Source of the DNA: Rhodospirillales bacterium
GTDB taxonomy: Bacteria; Pseudomonadota; Alphaproteobacteria; Kiloniellales; JAKSDN01
NCBI GenBank assembly: GCA_965225935.1
Contig: CBDDCC010000015.1
Coordinates: forward strand, 85,521-149,520
Reading direction: 5' to 3'
DNA length: 64,000 nucleotides
In this document: piece after piece, positions 27,701 through 41,511 of the stretch
Numbering within the stretch: the stretch's first letter is position 1
Layout: the number at the start of each line of letters is the position of its first letter
Notes under the pieces: generated by a model
The model's database searches: none
What the model saw: only the letters and a program-made list of their open reading frames with translations
Told to the model about the DNA's origin: nothing
Made by a program: the position numbers and the translations under genes

Positions 27701-28641
27701 CAAGGCAGTGCCAAGATAAAGGTGCCGCTGGTCTCAAGGTCGTCGTCGGACAGGCCCCTGAAGCGGGAGGCCACGTCGTCGCGCTTGATCCGCGAGCGGG
27801 CGGTCACCTTGGCGTCCTGGCGGACGGTGAAGCCGGTCTCGCGCAGCAGCCGGGCATGGACCGAATGGGGCTGGCGGTTGAGCAGCCAGGGCCGGCGCCC
27901 GCGAATCAGCTTCCAGGTGAGGTCCGAGAAGACCCAGTGGCCGTTCCACTCGCGGGCCGTGCCGTGGCAGGTGAAATCGATGGTGTGTGACATGAAGCCC
28001 GTCGGCTTCAGCCAGGCGTGCAGGGCGTTGTAGGTGGCCGGCAGATCGTCGATGTGCTCGAGGACCGCCTGGGAGAAGATCATGTCGACCGAGTGCGGCT
28101 CCAGCACGCTCGCGTCGAGCCAGGGCACCACGTAGCGGACCATGGCGCCGGCCCGCTCGGGATCGGCGATGCTCTCACGGATCCGCCGCAGGCGCTCGGG
28201 CCGCAAGGCCGTGGCGAGCCGCGCGTCGGGCAGGAGACCGTGCGGAAAGCGGTAGTCGGCCAGCCTTGGCTCGACCCGGGGAAACTCCCGGTCGTCGGGC
28301 AGAGCCTCCCGCCGCTCGAAGAGGCCGACGAGCCGGTCGAAGATCTCCAGGTTCCGCGCGCTGTTGGCGTAGGGGACGATGTCGAAGGCGAAATAGGTCT
28401 CGCAGCCCGTCAGGAGCGCCGCCAGGCCGATCCCCAGGGAATCGCCGGGGCCCAGTTCGGCCACGACCTTCGGCTCGTTCCACAGCCCGGCCTGCTGGGC
28501 GCAGGTCAGGTGGCGCAGCCAGATCGAATAGCAGTAGCGCGCCGTATCGGTTCCACGGGTCCGCGGCCGGCGGAGCTGGTTGTAGCCCGGCATGTAGCTG
28601 GCGACGCCGCCGGCCAGCCGCTTGAGCCTGATGTTCCCCAT
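27700..28641 (-). CDS. class I SAM-dependent methyltransferase
   Basis: Track ORF 27700-28704; ATG 28639-28641 preferred. Motif I VAELGPGDSLGIGLAAL and the block DMIFSQAVLEHIDDL. Confidence 0.75.
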   Translation of the reverse strand: MGNIRLKRLAGGVASYMPGYNQLRRPRTRGTDTARYCYSIWLRHLTCAQQAGLWNEPKVVAELGPGDSLGIGLAALLTGCETYFAFDIVPYANSARNLEIFDRLVGLFERREALPDDREFPRVEPRLADYRFPHGLLPDARLATALRPERLRRIRESIADPERAGAMVRYVVPWLDASVLEPHSVDMIFSQAVLEHIDDLPATYNALHAWLKPTGFMSHTIDFTCHGTAREWNGHWVFSDLTWKLIRGRRPWLLNRQPHSVHARLLRETGFTVRQDAKVTARSRIKRDDVASRFRGLSDDDLETSGTFILALP

Positions 28642-28865
28642 CCCCCTGGCGAGCCTCCTGTCCGGCAAGCCCCGATGGCCGGGGATCATAGCACGTGACG
28701 TCAAGGTTGCGAACGGACGCGCGATGGGGAAGCGGTCGGGCCCATCGGGGTCCGGCCTTCAGGCTCCTTGGGCACAGGGAATCCGCCCCCGGCGGCGCGC
28801 GCCGGGCGGCTGACGGCGTAAGGAAAACAGGGAACGAGGGGGCCCGTGCGGGCCGCCGGACCGGC

Positions 28866-28985
28866 TCAGCCGGTCGTCTTCATGACCACCCAGACCGTCA
28901 GGAAGACCAGCCCCCAGCTGAGCGCCGAGGACAGCAGAACGACGGCGATGCGGGTCGAGCCCGAGGCCCTGGCGATGGGTTTCAT
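28866..28985 (-). CDS. small (39 aa) single-pass membrane protein, uncharacterised
   Basis: MKPIARASGSTRIAVVLLSSALSWGLVFLTVWVVMKTTG. GGGAGAG lies 4-5 nt upstream of the ATG at 28983-28985. Third-codon positions are almost all G/C, as in neighbouring genes. Confidence 0.45.
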   Translation of the reverse strand: MKPIARASGSTRIAVVLLSSALSWGLVFLTVWVVMKTTG

Positions 28986-29261
28986 CACGTCTCTCCCGGA
29001 GCCCCGGGCGCCCAACGCTGCGCCGTTCGGGCTCTCTTGCTTGGCCGTTGCGGACCGCGATCCGTTCCCGCTGCGAGGCGGGATCCAGGCCGGCGGCCCG
29101 CGTCGCATTCGCGCCGGCCTGCGGTCCCGGCAGGTTGTCTACCCCTACCTTGATAAACAAGCCGGCCCTGGAACGGTTCCGCCGCCCCCGTTTCGCGCCT
29201 GTTCAGACTCGGGTTTCAACGGTTACACTTGCGGGCCAAACGGGCATTGGGACGGTTCTTG

Positions 29262-29732
29262 ATGAGAGTTCGGAGTCTGCTCGCTGCGCTCTTCCTGACG
29301 GCCACGGGCACGGCGACCGCGGCCGAGAAAAGCATCGAGGAAAGCTCGGGCGACTGGCAGATCGTCTGCTTCGACGACGAGGTCGCCCAATACCGCAGCT
29401 GCTACGTGATCCGCGAAGACCTTTCGGTCCTGATCAGCAGCCGGGACTACCGGCTGGTCTTCGTGGGCTCCGGCTCCGACCGCGAACCGGGCTCCGAGGT
29501 CACTGTCCAGGTGGACGGCAAGCAGCCTATCGTCTGGCGCGAGGACGACTTCTACGCCGACGACGCCTTCGGCGCGGCGATCCAGCAGTTCCGGGCGGGC
29601 AAGATCGCCTCCATCGCCTGGAGCCACAAGGACACGGGCCAGAACGTTCAGGACGACGTCTCCCTGATCGGCTTCTCCAGGGCCTACCGCCGCGCCAACG
29701 AGATCGTCACCGAATACAATCCCTCTCCTTAG
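29262..29732 (+). CDS. exported protein, possibly IalB-like
   Basis: Signal peptide MRVRSLLAALFLTATGTATAAE. The Cys pair context SGDWQIVCFDDEVAQYRSCYV is reminiscent of invasion-associated-locus-B family proteins. The function call is weak. Alternative TTG start at 29229. Confidence 0.5.
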   Translation: MRVRSLLAALFLTATGTATAAEKSIEESSGDWQIVCFDDEVAQYRSCYVIREDLSVLISSRDYRLVFVGSGSDREPGSEVTVQVDGKQPIVWREDDFYADDAFGAAIQQFRAGKIASIAWSHKDTGQNVQDDVSLIGFSRAYRRANEIVTEYNPSP

Positions 29733-29828
29733 GCCGGGTTTCTCGCGATAGCAGGAGCTTACCGGCCGTTCTTCGAGCGATACTCATAAACTGTCCCGAA
29801 CGGCGATCAGGGCGCGCTTCCGTCGGCG

Positions 29829-33224
<3,396 letters not shown>

Positions 33225-33280
33225 GACGATCCAGTCTCCTCGGAATCGGCGCGGGCAGGTCCGGGCGGAGGCCCTTCTGC

Positions 33281-34057
33281 CTACTCCAGGTGCTTTTTCA
33301 TGATGTCCTGTAGCCGGCCATCGGCCGCCATATCGAGCAGGAGCCGGTCGATCGCCGCGATCACCTCGGGCTCGACGCTGTGACGCCCGATCATGATGTG
33401 GAGGTCTTCCGCATCGACCGCGAGGGGATGGCGCTCGACGCTGTCGGCCTTGTCGAGGCTCTTGAGGACGGTCCGCATGACGCCGGTATCGTCGACCAGG
33501 AAGCCGTCGATGCGGTGGTGCAGCAGCTTGCGGATGTTGGTCTCGTAGTCGACCGTGTAGTCTAGCTGCCGGGCGAAGTCCGGGTCGTCGCGCAGGGCCG
33601 CGAACTCGGCGCCATAGTGGTATCCGGCGATCGCGCCGAGCCGCAGACCCACTTTCGTGACATCGGCGAGGCGTTCCAGTGGGAAACGGCCCGACTCACC
33701 CTTGCGCACATAGATCGCCACCTCCGCCTTGCGGTAGGGAATAGAGAAATGAGCGTAGAGCTGGCGCTCCGGCGTCAGGCTGGCGCTGCTGGTGGCGTCC
33801 AGCTCGCCGTTCTCGATCATCAGCAGGATGCGCGTCCAGGGTATCTCGGTGTAGCTGATCTCGCAGCCCAGCTCCGCGCCGATGGTGCGCAGCACGTCGA
33901 TGTCGATGCCAGCAGGATTGCCGGCGGCGTCGGTATAGGTATAGGCACCGTAGGGCTCGTAGCCGAACCGCAGCCGGCAGTCGCCCTCCGCCCGGGCCGG
34001 CGCCGCGGCGGCCGACAGGCAGGCTGCAAGCACGCTGGCCAGCCACAGTCTCTTCAT
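33281..34057 (-). CDS. periplasmic substrate-binding protein (SBP family 3, amino-acid-binding type)
   Basis: Trimmed to the ATG giving MKRLWLASVLAACLSAAAAPARAE signal. Blocks GIDIDVLRTIGAELG and IPWTRILLMIENGELD. Lies 56 nt upstream of the hybrid kinase. Confidence 0.8.
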   Translation of the reverse strand: MKRLWLASVLAACLSAAAAPARAEGDCRLRFGYEPYGAYTYTDAAGNPAGIDIDVLRTIGAELGCEISYTEIPWTRILLMIENGELDATSSASLTPERQLYAHFSIPYRKAEVAIYVRKGESGRFPLERLADVTKVGLRLGAIAGYHYGAEFAALRDDPDFARQLDYTVDYETNIRKLLHHRIDGFLVDDTGVMRTVLKSLDKADSVERHPLAVDAEDLHIMIGRHSVEPEVIAAIDRLLLDMAADGRLQDIMKKHLE

Positions 34058-34127
34058 GCCGACGCTCTCCTTACGTCCTTGAACCCTTCGCTGGGCAACG
34101 CCGCCGCGGATCACGCGCCGCCCCGGG

Positions 34128-35204
34128 TCATAGTTGGGATGGGGCGAGCCGTTCCTGCGCTTCCTTCACCAGGGTCCGCACCAGCTCGCCCGCCGGAAGT
34201 TTTCGGTTGAGCGCCGCGGCCTGTCCGTAGAGCAGGAACTGAAAGTCGGGCATGCCCCGTGCCGTGCTCTCCTGCTCCAGCGGTCCGCTGAAGGCGTACA
34301 TTGCGGGAAACGCGGGCAGCGGTTCGCGGCGCTCGGCCATGGCCTCGATGTAGCGGTTGGTGCGGGCCCGCGCGGGTCGGCCGGAAAAGGCCCTCGTCAG
34401 CCGCGTGTCCTGGTCGCTGGCCTGATCCAAGGCGCTGCGATGGGCCTCGCTGATGTTCGTCTCGTTGCAGGAGAGGAAGGCCGTTCCCATTTGGACGCCG
34501 GCGGCGCCCAAGGCGAAGGCCGCCGCGATGCCGCGTCCGTCGGCGATGCCGCCGGCGGCGATGACCGGCAGGTCGACGGCATCGACCACCTGCGGCACCA
34601 GGGCCATGGTCCCGACGCCGAAATCCTCGAAGGAGGTGTCGAACGTGCCGCGGTGGCCGCCGGCCTCCCAGCCCTGGGCGATGATGGCGTCGATTCCGCT
34701 GGCCTCCAGCGCCTTCGCCTCGGCGACCGTGGTGGCCGAGCAGAGGATACGGCAGCCTGCGCCGTGCAGCGCCTCCAGCGCCTCGCGTCCCGGCAGGCCG
34801 AAGTGGAAGCTCACCACCGGTGGGGCGATTTCCAGCAGCGCCGAAAGGACCTCGGGCCCGAAGGTGGCGAAGCGCGGGTGCGAGGCGGCCGGCACCTCGC
34901 CGAGGCCGAGTTCTTCGTAGAAGGGCGCCAGGCGCGCACGGGTCCGGGCGTCGGTCTCGGGGTCGGGCTGGGGCGGGTCGTGGGCGAAGAAGTTCAGGTT
35001 GAAGGGCCGGTTGGTGGCGGCGCGGAGCTGGTCGGCCGTGGCCCGCAGGTCGTCGGCCGAGAGCGTCGCGCAGCCGATCGACCCCATCGCGCCCGCGTTG
35101 CTGACGGCAGCCGCCAGGGCGGGCGTGGTGGACCCGGCCATGGGGGCCTGAATGATGGGGACCTCGACCTTCAGAAGGTCGAGTAGATCCGATCTTGGCC
35201 ACAT
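34128..35204 (-). CDS. nitronate monooxygenase (2-nitropropane dioxygenase family, FMN-dependent)
   Basis: Track ORF 34128-35483 trimmed to ATG 35202-35204 (GGGAGGA upstream); 358 aa. Blocks VPIIQAPMAGSTTPALAAAVSNAGAMGS and IAAGGIADGRGIAAAFALGAAGVQMGTAF. Confidence 0.85.
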   Translation of the reverse strand: MWPRSDLLDLLKVEVPIIQAPMAGSTTPALAAAVSNAGAMGSIGCATLSADDLRATADQLRAATNRPFNLNFFAHDPPQPDPETDARTRARLAPFYEELGLGEVPAASHPRFATFGPEVLSALLEIAPPVVSFHFGLPGREALEALHGAGCRILCSATTVAEAKALEASGIDAIIAQGWEAGGHRGTFDTSFEDFGVGTMALVPQVVDAVDLPVIAAGGIADGRGIAAAFALGAAGVQMGTAFLSCNETNISEAHRSALDQASDQDTRLTRAFSGRPARARTNRYIEAMAERREPLPAFPAMYAFSGPLEQESTARGMPDFQFLLYGQAAALNRKLPAGELVRTLVKEAQERLAPSQL

Positions 35205-35516
35205 GCCGGCATCCTCCCAAGACTGCTTGAATCCCCGGCTCGGTCTCTCGCACGCCGCCCGCCCGAGCAGGGAACCATCGCAACGGCCGGACGGACGGGA
35301 ACGGCGGGAACCCTCAGCGCCGCGCAGCATATCATGGCTTTCGCCGGCGCAGAAAAGCCGCGCGGCGGTGCCCAGAAACAATTGAAACCAAAAACTTTCC
35401 GCCGAGACATGCGCCGGAAAAGGGCGGTTCCTAGATTTCCCTTCAACGGCTTGGTGCCGCGCGCCCGAAAGGGACCGTCCCAAGCAGATCGAATCTCAGG
35501 GGTGGAGACTAGAACG

Positions 35517-35846
35517 ATGAGCAAGCAAGACATCCGATCGAGCCACGAAGATCAGCCCCATGGTGGAAACGAGGGTGCTCTCGACATCTTCGGCGGAGCC
35601 GTGGGCCTGGTGGATTGGGCAATCGACGCTTTGATCTCCGCGGTCTCCGGCATCCGCCGCAGGCAGGCCGACGGCCCGGGCTGCCGGGGCCGCGGCGAGC
35701 GGCCGCTGCAGGTGATCCGGGCCATGTCCATGGTCAACGACCACGTGCTGCGGGACGTCGGGCTGGACCGGGCCGCCATCGCGGCGATCGTGGAGCTCTC
35801 GGCCGACGACATCGACGGCTGTCGCCTCGACCGCTCGGCCGCCTGA
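35517..35846 (+). CDS. DUF1127-domain protein
   Basis: Track ORF 35334-35846 trimmed to ATG 35517 (GGAG upstream); 109 aa. C-terminal MSMVNDHVLRDVGLDRAAIAAIV fits the DUF1127 pattern L.D.GL.R..I. Confidence 0.5.
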   Translation: MSKQDIRSSHEDQPHGGNEGALDIFGGAVGLVDWAIDALISAVSGIRRRQADGPGCRGRGERPLQVIRAMSMVNDHVLRDVGLDRAAIAAIVELSADDIDGCRLDRSAA

Positions 35847-35891
35847 GCCCGGCCGGCAGGGGAGGCCGGACGCCATGCATCAAACCGCCAA

Positions 35892-35928
35892 GGTGCGCGG
35901 GACCCCGACCGCTCGGGTCCCGCGCACC
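35892..35928 (+). terminator. perfect 14-bp GC hairpin downstream of the DUF1127 gene
   Basis: GGTGCGCGGGACCC (35892-35905) / GGGTCCCGCGCACC (35915-35928) with a 9-nt loop, followed by GTCCATTTGC (short T run). Confidence 0.5.
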
Positions 35929-36042
35929 GTCCATTTGCTGGAGACAGTCGCCTCGGACATAATCGAACTGAAGCGGGCGCCGGACGCCTCGGCCGAAAGA
36001 ACAATGCGGCAGGCGCGGCGGACCCGGGAGGGACGGCAAGGA

Positions 36043-36765
36043 ATGACAGGCAGCTGCCACGTCGTCGTCGTGGACGACGAGCCGGACATCAGGGAGACCG
36101 TGCAGGACTACCTGGAGCTTCACGGCTTCCGGGTGACCCAGGCCGACGGCGGCGAGGCCCTGCGCCAGGTGGTGGCGACGGAGCCGATCGACCTGGTGCT
36201 GCTCGACATCAACATGCCGGGCGAGGACGGCCTCAGCCTGGCCCGTTTCCTGCGCGAGCAGACCGAGGTTTCCCTCATCATGCTGACGGCGGCGGGCGAG
36301 GTGGTCGACCGCATCGTCGGGCTGGAGATGGGGGCGGACGACTATCTGGCCAAGCCCGTCGACCTGCGCGAGCTGCTGGCCCGCTGCAAGGCGGTGCTGC
36401 GCCGCTTCGAGAGCGCCCAGGCCAGGGCCGAAACGGCCTTGGAGACGGCCCAGCGCATGGTGACCTTCGGCAAGCTGCGGCTCGACCTCGACGCCCACAA
36501 GCTGTTCGACCAGGAAGGCGCCGAGGTGCCCTTGACCAGCATGGAGTTCGACCTGCTGAAGGCCTTCGCCGAGCACCCGAACCGGGTCCTCAGCCGCGAC
36601 CAGCTGCTCGACATGGCCCACAACCGGGGCTGGGAGCCCTTCGACCGCAGCATCGACATCCGCATCGCCCGCATCCGGCGCAAGATCGAGCAGGATCCGG
36701 CCAAGCCCCAGGTGATCAAGACCGTGCGCGGCGCCGGCTACATCTTCTCGCCCTCGGGCGGCTGA
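36043..36765 (+). CDS. OmpR/PhoB-family response regulator
   Basis: Track ORF 35875-36765 trimmed to ATG 36043 (GGGAGGGACGGCAAGGA upstream); 240 aa. Receiver VVVVDDEPDIRE...LVLLDINMPGEDG plus winged helix LTSMEFDLLKAF...VRGAGYIF. Confidence 0.9.
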   Translation: MTGSCHVVVVDDEPDIRETVQDYLELHGFRVTQADGGEALRQVVATEPIDLVLLDINMPGEDGLSLARFLREQTEVSLIMLTAAGEVVDRIVGLEMGADDYLAKPVDLRELLARCKAVLRRFESAQARAETALETAQRMVTFGKLRLDLDAHKLFDQEGAEVPLTSMEFDLLKAFAEHPNRVLSRDQLLDMAHNRGWEPFDRSIDIRIARIRRKIEQDPAKPQVIKTVRGAGYIFSPSGG

Positions 36766-37050
36766 GCCGCAAGACGACCCCGGCGCCGCCCATTGGCGTC
36801 GGCGCGGACGACAAGGCATAGCCTGGCTGAGGCTCAGCCCCAGAACTTTTGATTTGGCGGGCGCCGCCATCCTGGCCCAGAATACCCACAGGCTTTGCAA
36901 GTGCGCTCCGCGGGCCGGCGCGACCGGACCCCGGCCGCTTTCTGCGTCGCGCAGCTTGGCTCCACGGATTGGCGGGCTTTGGCCCTACGGGGCCGGGAGT
37001 TTTCGCTTCATTCTGTCAGTCGTAACTGTAACAATGCCGCCGAAATGGCG

Positions 37051-37086
37051 AAATCAATGTCGCCAACCAAATCGATGTCGCCGACC
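37051..37086 (+). repeat. 18-bp tandem direct repeat upstream of the ABC importer operon
   Basis: AAATCAATGTCGCCAACC (37051-37068) and AAATCGATGTCGCCGACC (37069-37086) are 16/18 identical. They lie 65-100 nt upstream of the GTG start at 37151. Confidence 0.8.
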
Positions 37087-37150
37087 AGGCGAAACCGCCA
37101 ATCCAATCAGCCGCTTGCTCAAGCAGGGGAACCATCAGGGAGTGCAGATC

Positions 37151-38326
37151 GTGAAAAAGCAGACCTTGGCAGAACTCTCCAGCCATAAGACACAGAAGGC
37201 CGCGAAGACCTTCTCCCGGCGCACGGTGCTGAAGAACGCGGCCGCCGCAGGCGTGTTCGCGACGCTCTCGCCCTATGTCCTGACCGAAGAGGCGAAGGCG
37301 GCCTCCGGCGAACTCAAGGTCCTGATCTGGACGGGCTATATTCCGCAGACGGTGCGCGACAAGTTCGAGGAGGACACCGGCGTCAGCATCAAGGTGACCA
37401 ACTACGGCTCCAACGAGGAGCTGCTGAACAAGATGAAGGCCACCAAGGGCCGCGGCTTCGACATCATCAGCCCGACCCTGAACCGCAAGCCGCAATGGGA
37501 GCCGCTCGGACTGCTGCAGCCCTGGGACATGGGCCGGGTGCCGACCGACAACGTGGTCTCCGGCCTGTTGAAGGGCTCGACCGACGAATGGGCCTGGGAC
37601 GGCGGCATCTATCATCTGCCCTACATCTGGGGCACCGAGGCCATGTCCTGGCGCACGGACATGTTCACGCGCGACTATGCGGACCTGACCTACGGCGACC
37701 TCTGGCTGCCGGAGATGAAGGGCAAGGTGCAGGGCCGTCCGCACTCGATGATGGCGGGCATCGGCCTCTACCTCGACCGCATCGGCGAGCTGCCCTCCAA
37801 CCGCATGATCGACGCCTACACCGACGAGGACAACATGCGGCGCATCTGGACCGAGATCACCAAGTTCGCCGTCGAGCACAAGCCCTGGATCCGCCAGTTC
37901 TGGAACGACCACAACACCCAGAAGGCCGGCTTCATGCAGAACGGCTGCGTGATCGGCCAGACCTGGGACGGGCCCGCCATCGAGCTGAAGAAGGAAGGCA
38001 AGCCGGTGACCTACATGGCGCCGCAGGAAGGCGCCTTCACCTGGCTCGACGGCCTCTCGATTCCGGTCGGCGCCAAGAACATGGATGCCATCTACGAGTT
38101 CCTCAACGTCGCCTTCCAGCCGGAAGTGGGCGGCATGCTCGGCAACGAGACCGGCTACAACCCGGTCGCGATCGGCGCCTCGGACTTCCTCGACGAGGCC
38201 ACCAAGCTGGCCTTCCAGGAAGCCTATCCGGACGACGCGCTCGACAATCTCTGGTGGTGGCCAGCCGAGCCGGTCTGGTACGCCGCCGCGCGCGCCGAGT
38301 TCCGCGACAAGTTCGTCGCGGCCTAG
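37151..38326 (+). CDS. ABC transporter substrate-binding protein, PotD/PotF-like (polyamine-type)
   Basis: Track ORF 36854-38326 trimmed to GTG 37151 (AGGGAG 7 nt upstream); 391 aa. Leader SRRTVLKNAAAAGVFATL. SBP family 1 blocks LKVLIWTGYIP and GFDIISPT. Confidence 0.8.
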   Translation: MKKQTLAELSSHKTQKAAKTFSRRTVLKNAAAAGVFATLSPYVLTEEAKAASGELKVLIWTGYIPQTVRDKFEEDTGVSIKVTNYGSNEELLNKMKATKGRGFDIISPTLNRKPQWEPLGLLQPWDMGRVPTDNVVSGLLKGSTDEWAWDGGIYHLPYIWGTEAMSWRTDMFTRDYADLTYGDLWLPEMKGKVQGRPHSMMAGIGLYLDRIGELPSNRMIDAYTDEDNMRRIWTEITKFAVEHKPWIRQFWNDHNTQKAGFMQNGCVIGQTWDGPAIELKKEGKPVTYMAPQEGAFTWLDGLSIPVGAKNMDAIYEFLNVAFQPEVGGMLGNETGYNPVAIGASDFLDEATKLAFQEAYPDDALDNLWWWPAEPVWYAAARAEFRDKFVAA

Positions 38327-38449
38327 CTTAGTAACTCCGGGACTCCGCGAGCTAGCTCCGCCCTGGCCAGGTAGGCCGGGGCGGGCCGCGGAGACTTCTG
38401 GAAACGCCCTCGGGCGGAGTTCGCTATCTTGGTTGGGGGGCCATAGATA

Positions 38450-39533
<1,084 letters not shown>

Positions 39534-39541
<8 letters not shown>

Positions 39542-40544
39542 GTTCTTCGGCGTCTTTCTGGCAGTGCTGCTGGCGATCCTGATCGCGCCGCACGTCCAGA
39601 AGCACGCGGACACCATCTGGACCGGCGTGACGCGCATCCGCTTCGTGCAAACGAACGGCGTGTTCCTGTCGTTCTATCTGGTCGGGGCCGTGATGATCTG
39701 GACGCTGGTCATGATCATCCTGCCCCAGCTCTACATGGTGCAGTTCTCCTTCAGCCATAACCTGCTGCCCAATGAGATCGGCGGGCCGAAGGACGTCTTC
39801 ACCCTGGAGAACTACCGCTATCTCCTGTTCGGGCGGGAAGGCGACGAGGAGCTCTTCAACTATCTCCACATGCAGGTCTTCGGGCGCACCATCCTGGTCA
39901 GCGTGCTGATCACGCTCCTGGACTTCGCGCTCTGCTATCCCATTGCCTACTACATGGCCCAGGTGGCCCGCGGCGGCCGGGCGCGGCTGTTGGTGCTCTG
40001 CCTGATCCTGCCGTTCTGGGTCAACGAGATCCTGCGGGCCTTCGCCTTCCGCATTCTCTTCGGCACCGGCGGGGTGATCAATCAGGCGCTGCTCGGCATC
40101 GGCGTGCTGAGCGAGCCGATCGACTTCCTGGGGGCCGACGTCGGCCTCTACGCCGGCCTCAGCTACGCCTACATCCTCCTGATGATCTTCCCCATCTACA
40201 ACGCCGTCGAGAGCCTCGACCACAACCAGATCGAGGCGGCGCGGGATCTGGGCGCGCCCTGGTGGCGGATCCACGTCCGCGTGGTCATGCCCCACGCCAA
40301 ACCGGGCATCGCGTCGGGCTGCACCATGGTGTTCATGCTTTGCGCCGGCGCCCTGGCCGCGCCCCAGATCCTCGGCGGCCCATCCAGCCTCTGGTTCACC
40401 CAGATCATCTATCAGTGGTTCAACACCGGCGGCAACTGGCCGCGCGGCTCGGCCTACGCCTTCGTGCTGCTGATCGTCTGCATCGTCTTCGTGATGCTGG
40501 TCATGCGGCTCTTCAAGGTCCGTTTCGGGGAGATCGCGAAATGA
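39534..40544 (+). CDS. ABC transporter permease, PotB-like
   Basis: 336-aa polytopic protein overlapping the ATPase stop. EAA-type loop IEAARDLGAPWWRIHVRVVMPHAKPG. Confidence 0.85.
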
Positions 40545-41446
40545 CCTCGAGAGGCGTCATGAAGCTGATGGTGGGCTTCTACATCCTGCTGTTCTTCGCC
40601 TACCTCTTCGGGCCGCTCTTCATGATGGGCGCCTCGGCCTTCAACGAGAGCCCCTTCCCGCAGGTCTCGCCCTGGGAAGGCACCACCCTCAAGTGGTTCG
40701 GCCACCTGCTCGACAACGACGACATGATGATCGGCATCCAGCGCAGCTTGATCATCGGCATCGGCGTGATCTGCCTCTCGGTCCCCATCAGCCTGGCGGC
40801 GGCGCTGATGATGACCCAGATCTACGAGCGCCTCAGGCCCATCTACTACACCATCGTGGTCTCGCCGGTACTGACGCCGGGCGTGATCCTGGGCATCTCG
40901 ACGCTGGTCTTCTGGGACAAGCTGGGGACCTGGGCGGACGCCGACTACGAGTCGATCTACTACGACGGCATCTTCCTCACCGTGGTCGGCCAGTCGACCT
41001 TCATCTCCGCCTACTGCATGCTGGTCTTCCTCGCCCGCCTGCAGCGCTTCGACCGCACCCAGGAGGAAGCGGCGCTCGACCTCGGCGCGACCCACGTGCA
41101 GGTCTTCTGGAAGATCCTCATCCCCTTCCTCAGGCCCGCCATCTTCTCGGCCGCGGTGCTGGCCTTCCTCACCTCGTTCGAGAACTACAACACCACCGTC
41201 TTCACCATCCAGGCGGAAAGCACGCTGACCACGGTGCTGTCGGGTCAGATCCGCCTGGGCACCAAGCCGGACGTGAGCGCGCTCGCCGTCATCATCGTCG
41301 GCATCACCCTGATCGGCGCGATCACGGCGGAGCTCATGCGCCGGCGCGAGCAGGCCAAGGAGGAGGCGGCACGGGAAGCCGCCATGCGGGCCGAGATGGA
41401 GACCGACGTGAAGCTCGGCGCGAAGCCGGCGGCCGCGGCAGGCTAG
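40541..41446 (+). CDS. ABC transporter permease, PotC-like
   Basis: Track ORF 40262-41446 trimmed to ATG 40541 (ATGA overlap with the previous stop). EAA loop EEAALDLGATHVQVFWKILIPFLRPA. Charged C-terminal tail. Confidence 0.85.
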   Translation: MTSRGVMKLMVGFYILLFFAYLFGPLFMMGASAFNESPFPQVSPWEGTTLKWFGHLLDNDDMMIGIQRSLIIGIGVICLSVPISLAAALMMTQIYERLRPIYYTIVVSPVLTPGVILGISTLVFWDKLGTWADADYESIYYDGIFLTVVGQSTFISAYCMLVFLARLQRFDRTQEEAALDLGATHVQVFWKILIPFLRPAIFSAAVLAFLTSFENYNTTVFTIQAESTLTTVLSGQIRLGTKPDVSALAVIIVGITLIGAITAELMRRREQAKEEAAREAAMRAEMETDVKLGAKPAAAAG

Positions 41447-41511
41447 GTTCCGGCCGCTCGGTTTGTCGGCACGAGAGCGCTCGCAAGCAGGCCGGAGGAC
41501 GCGCGTCAGAC

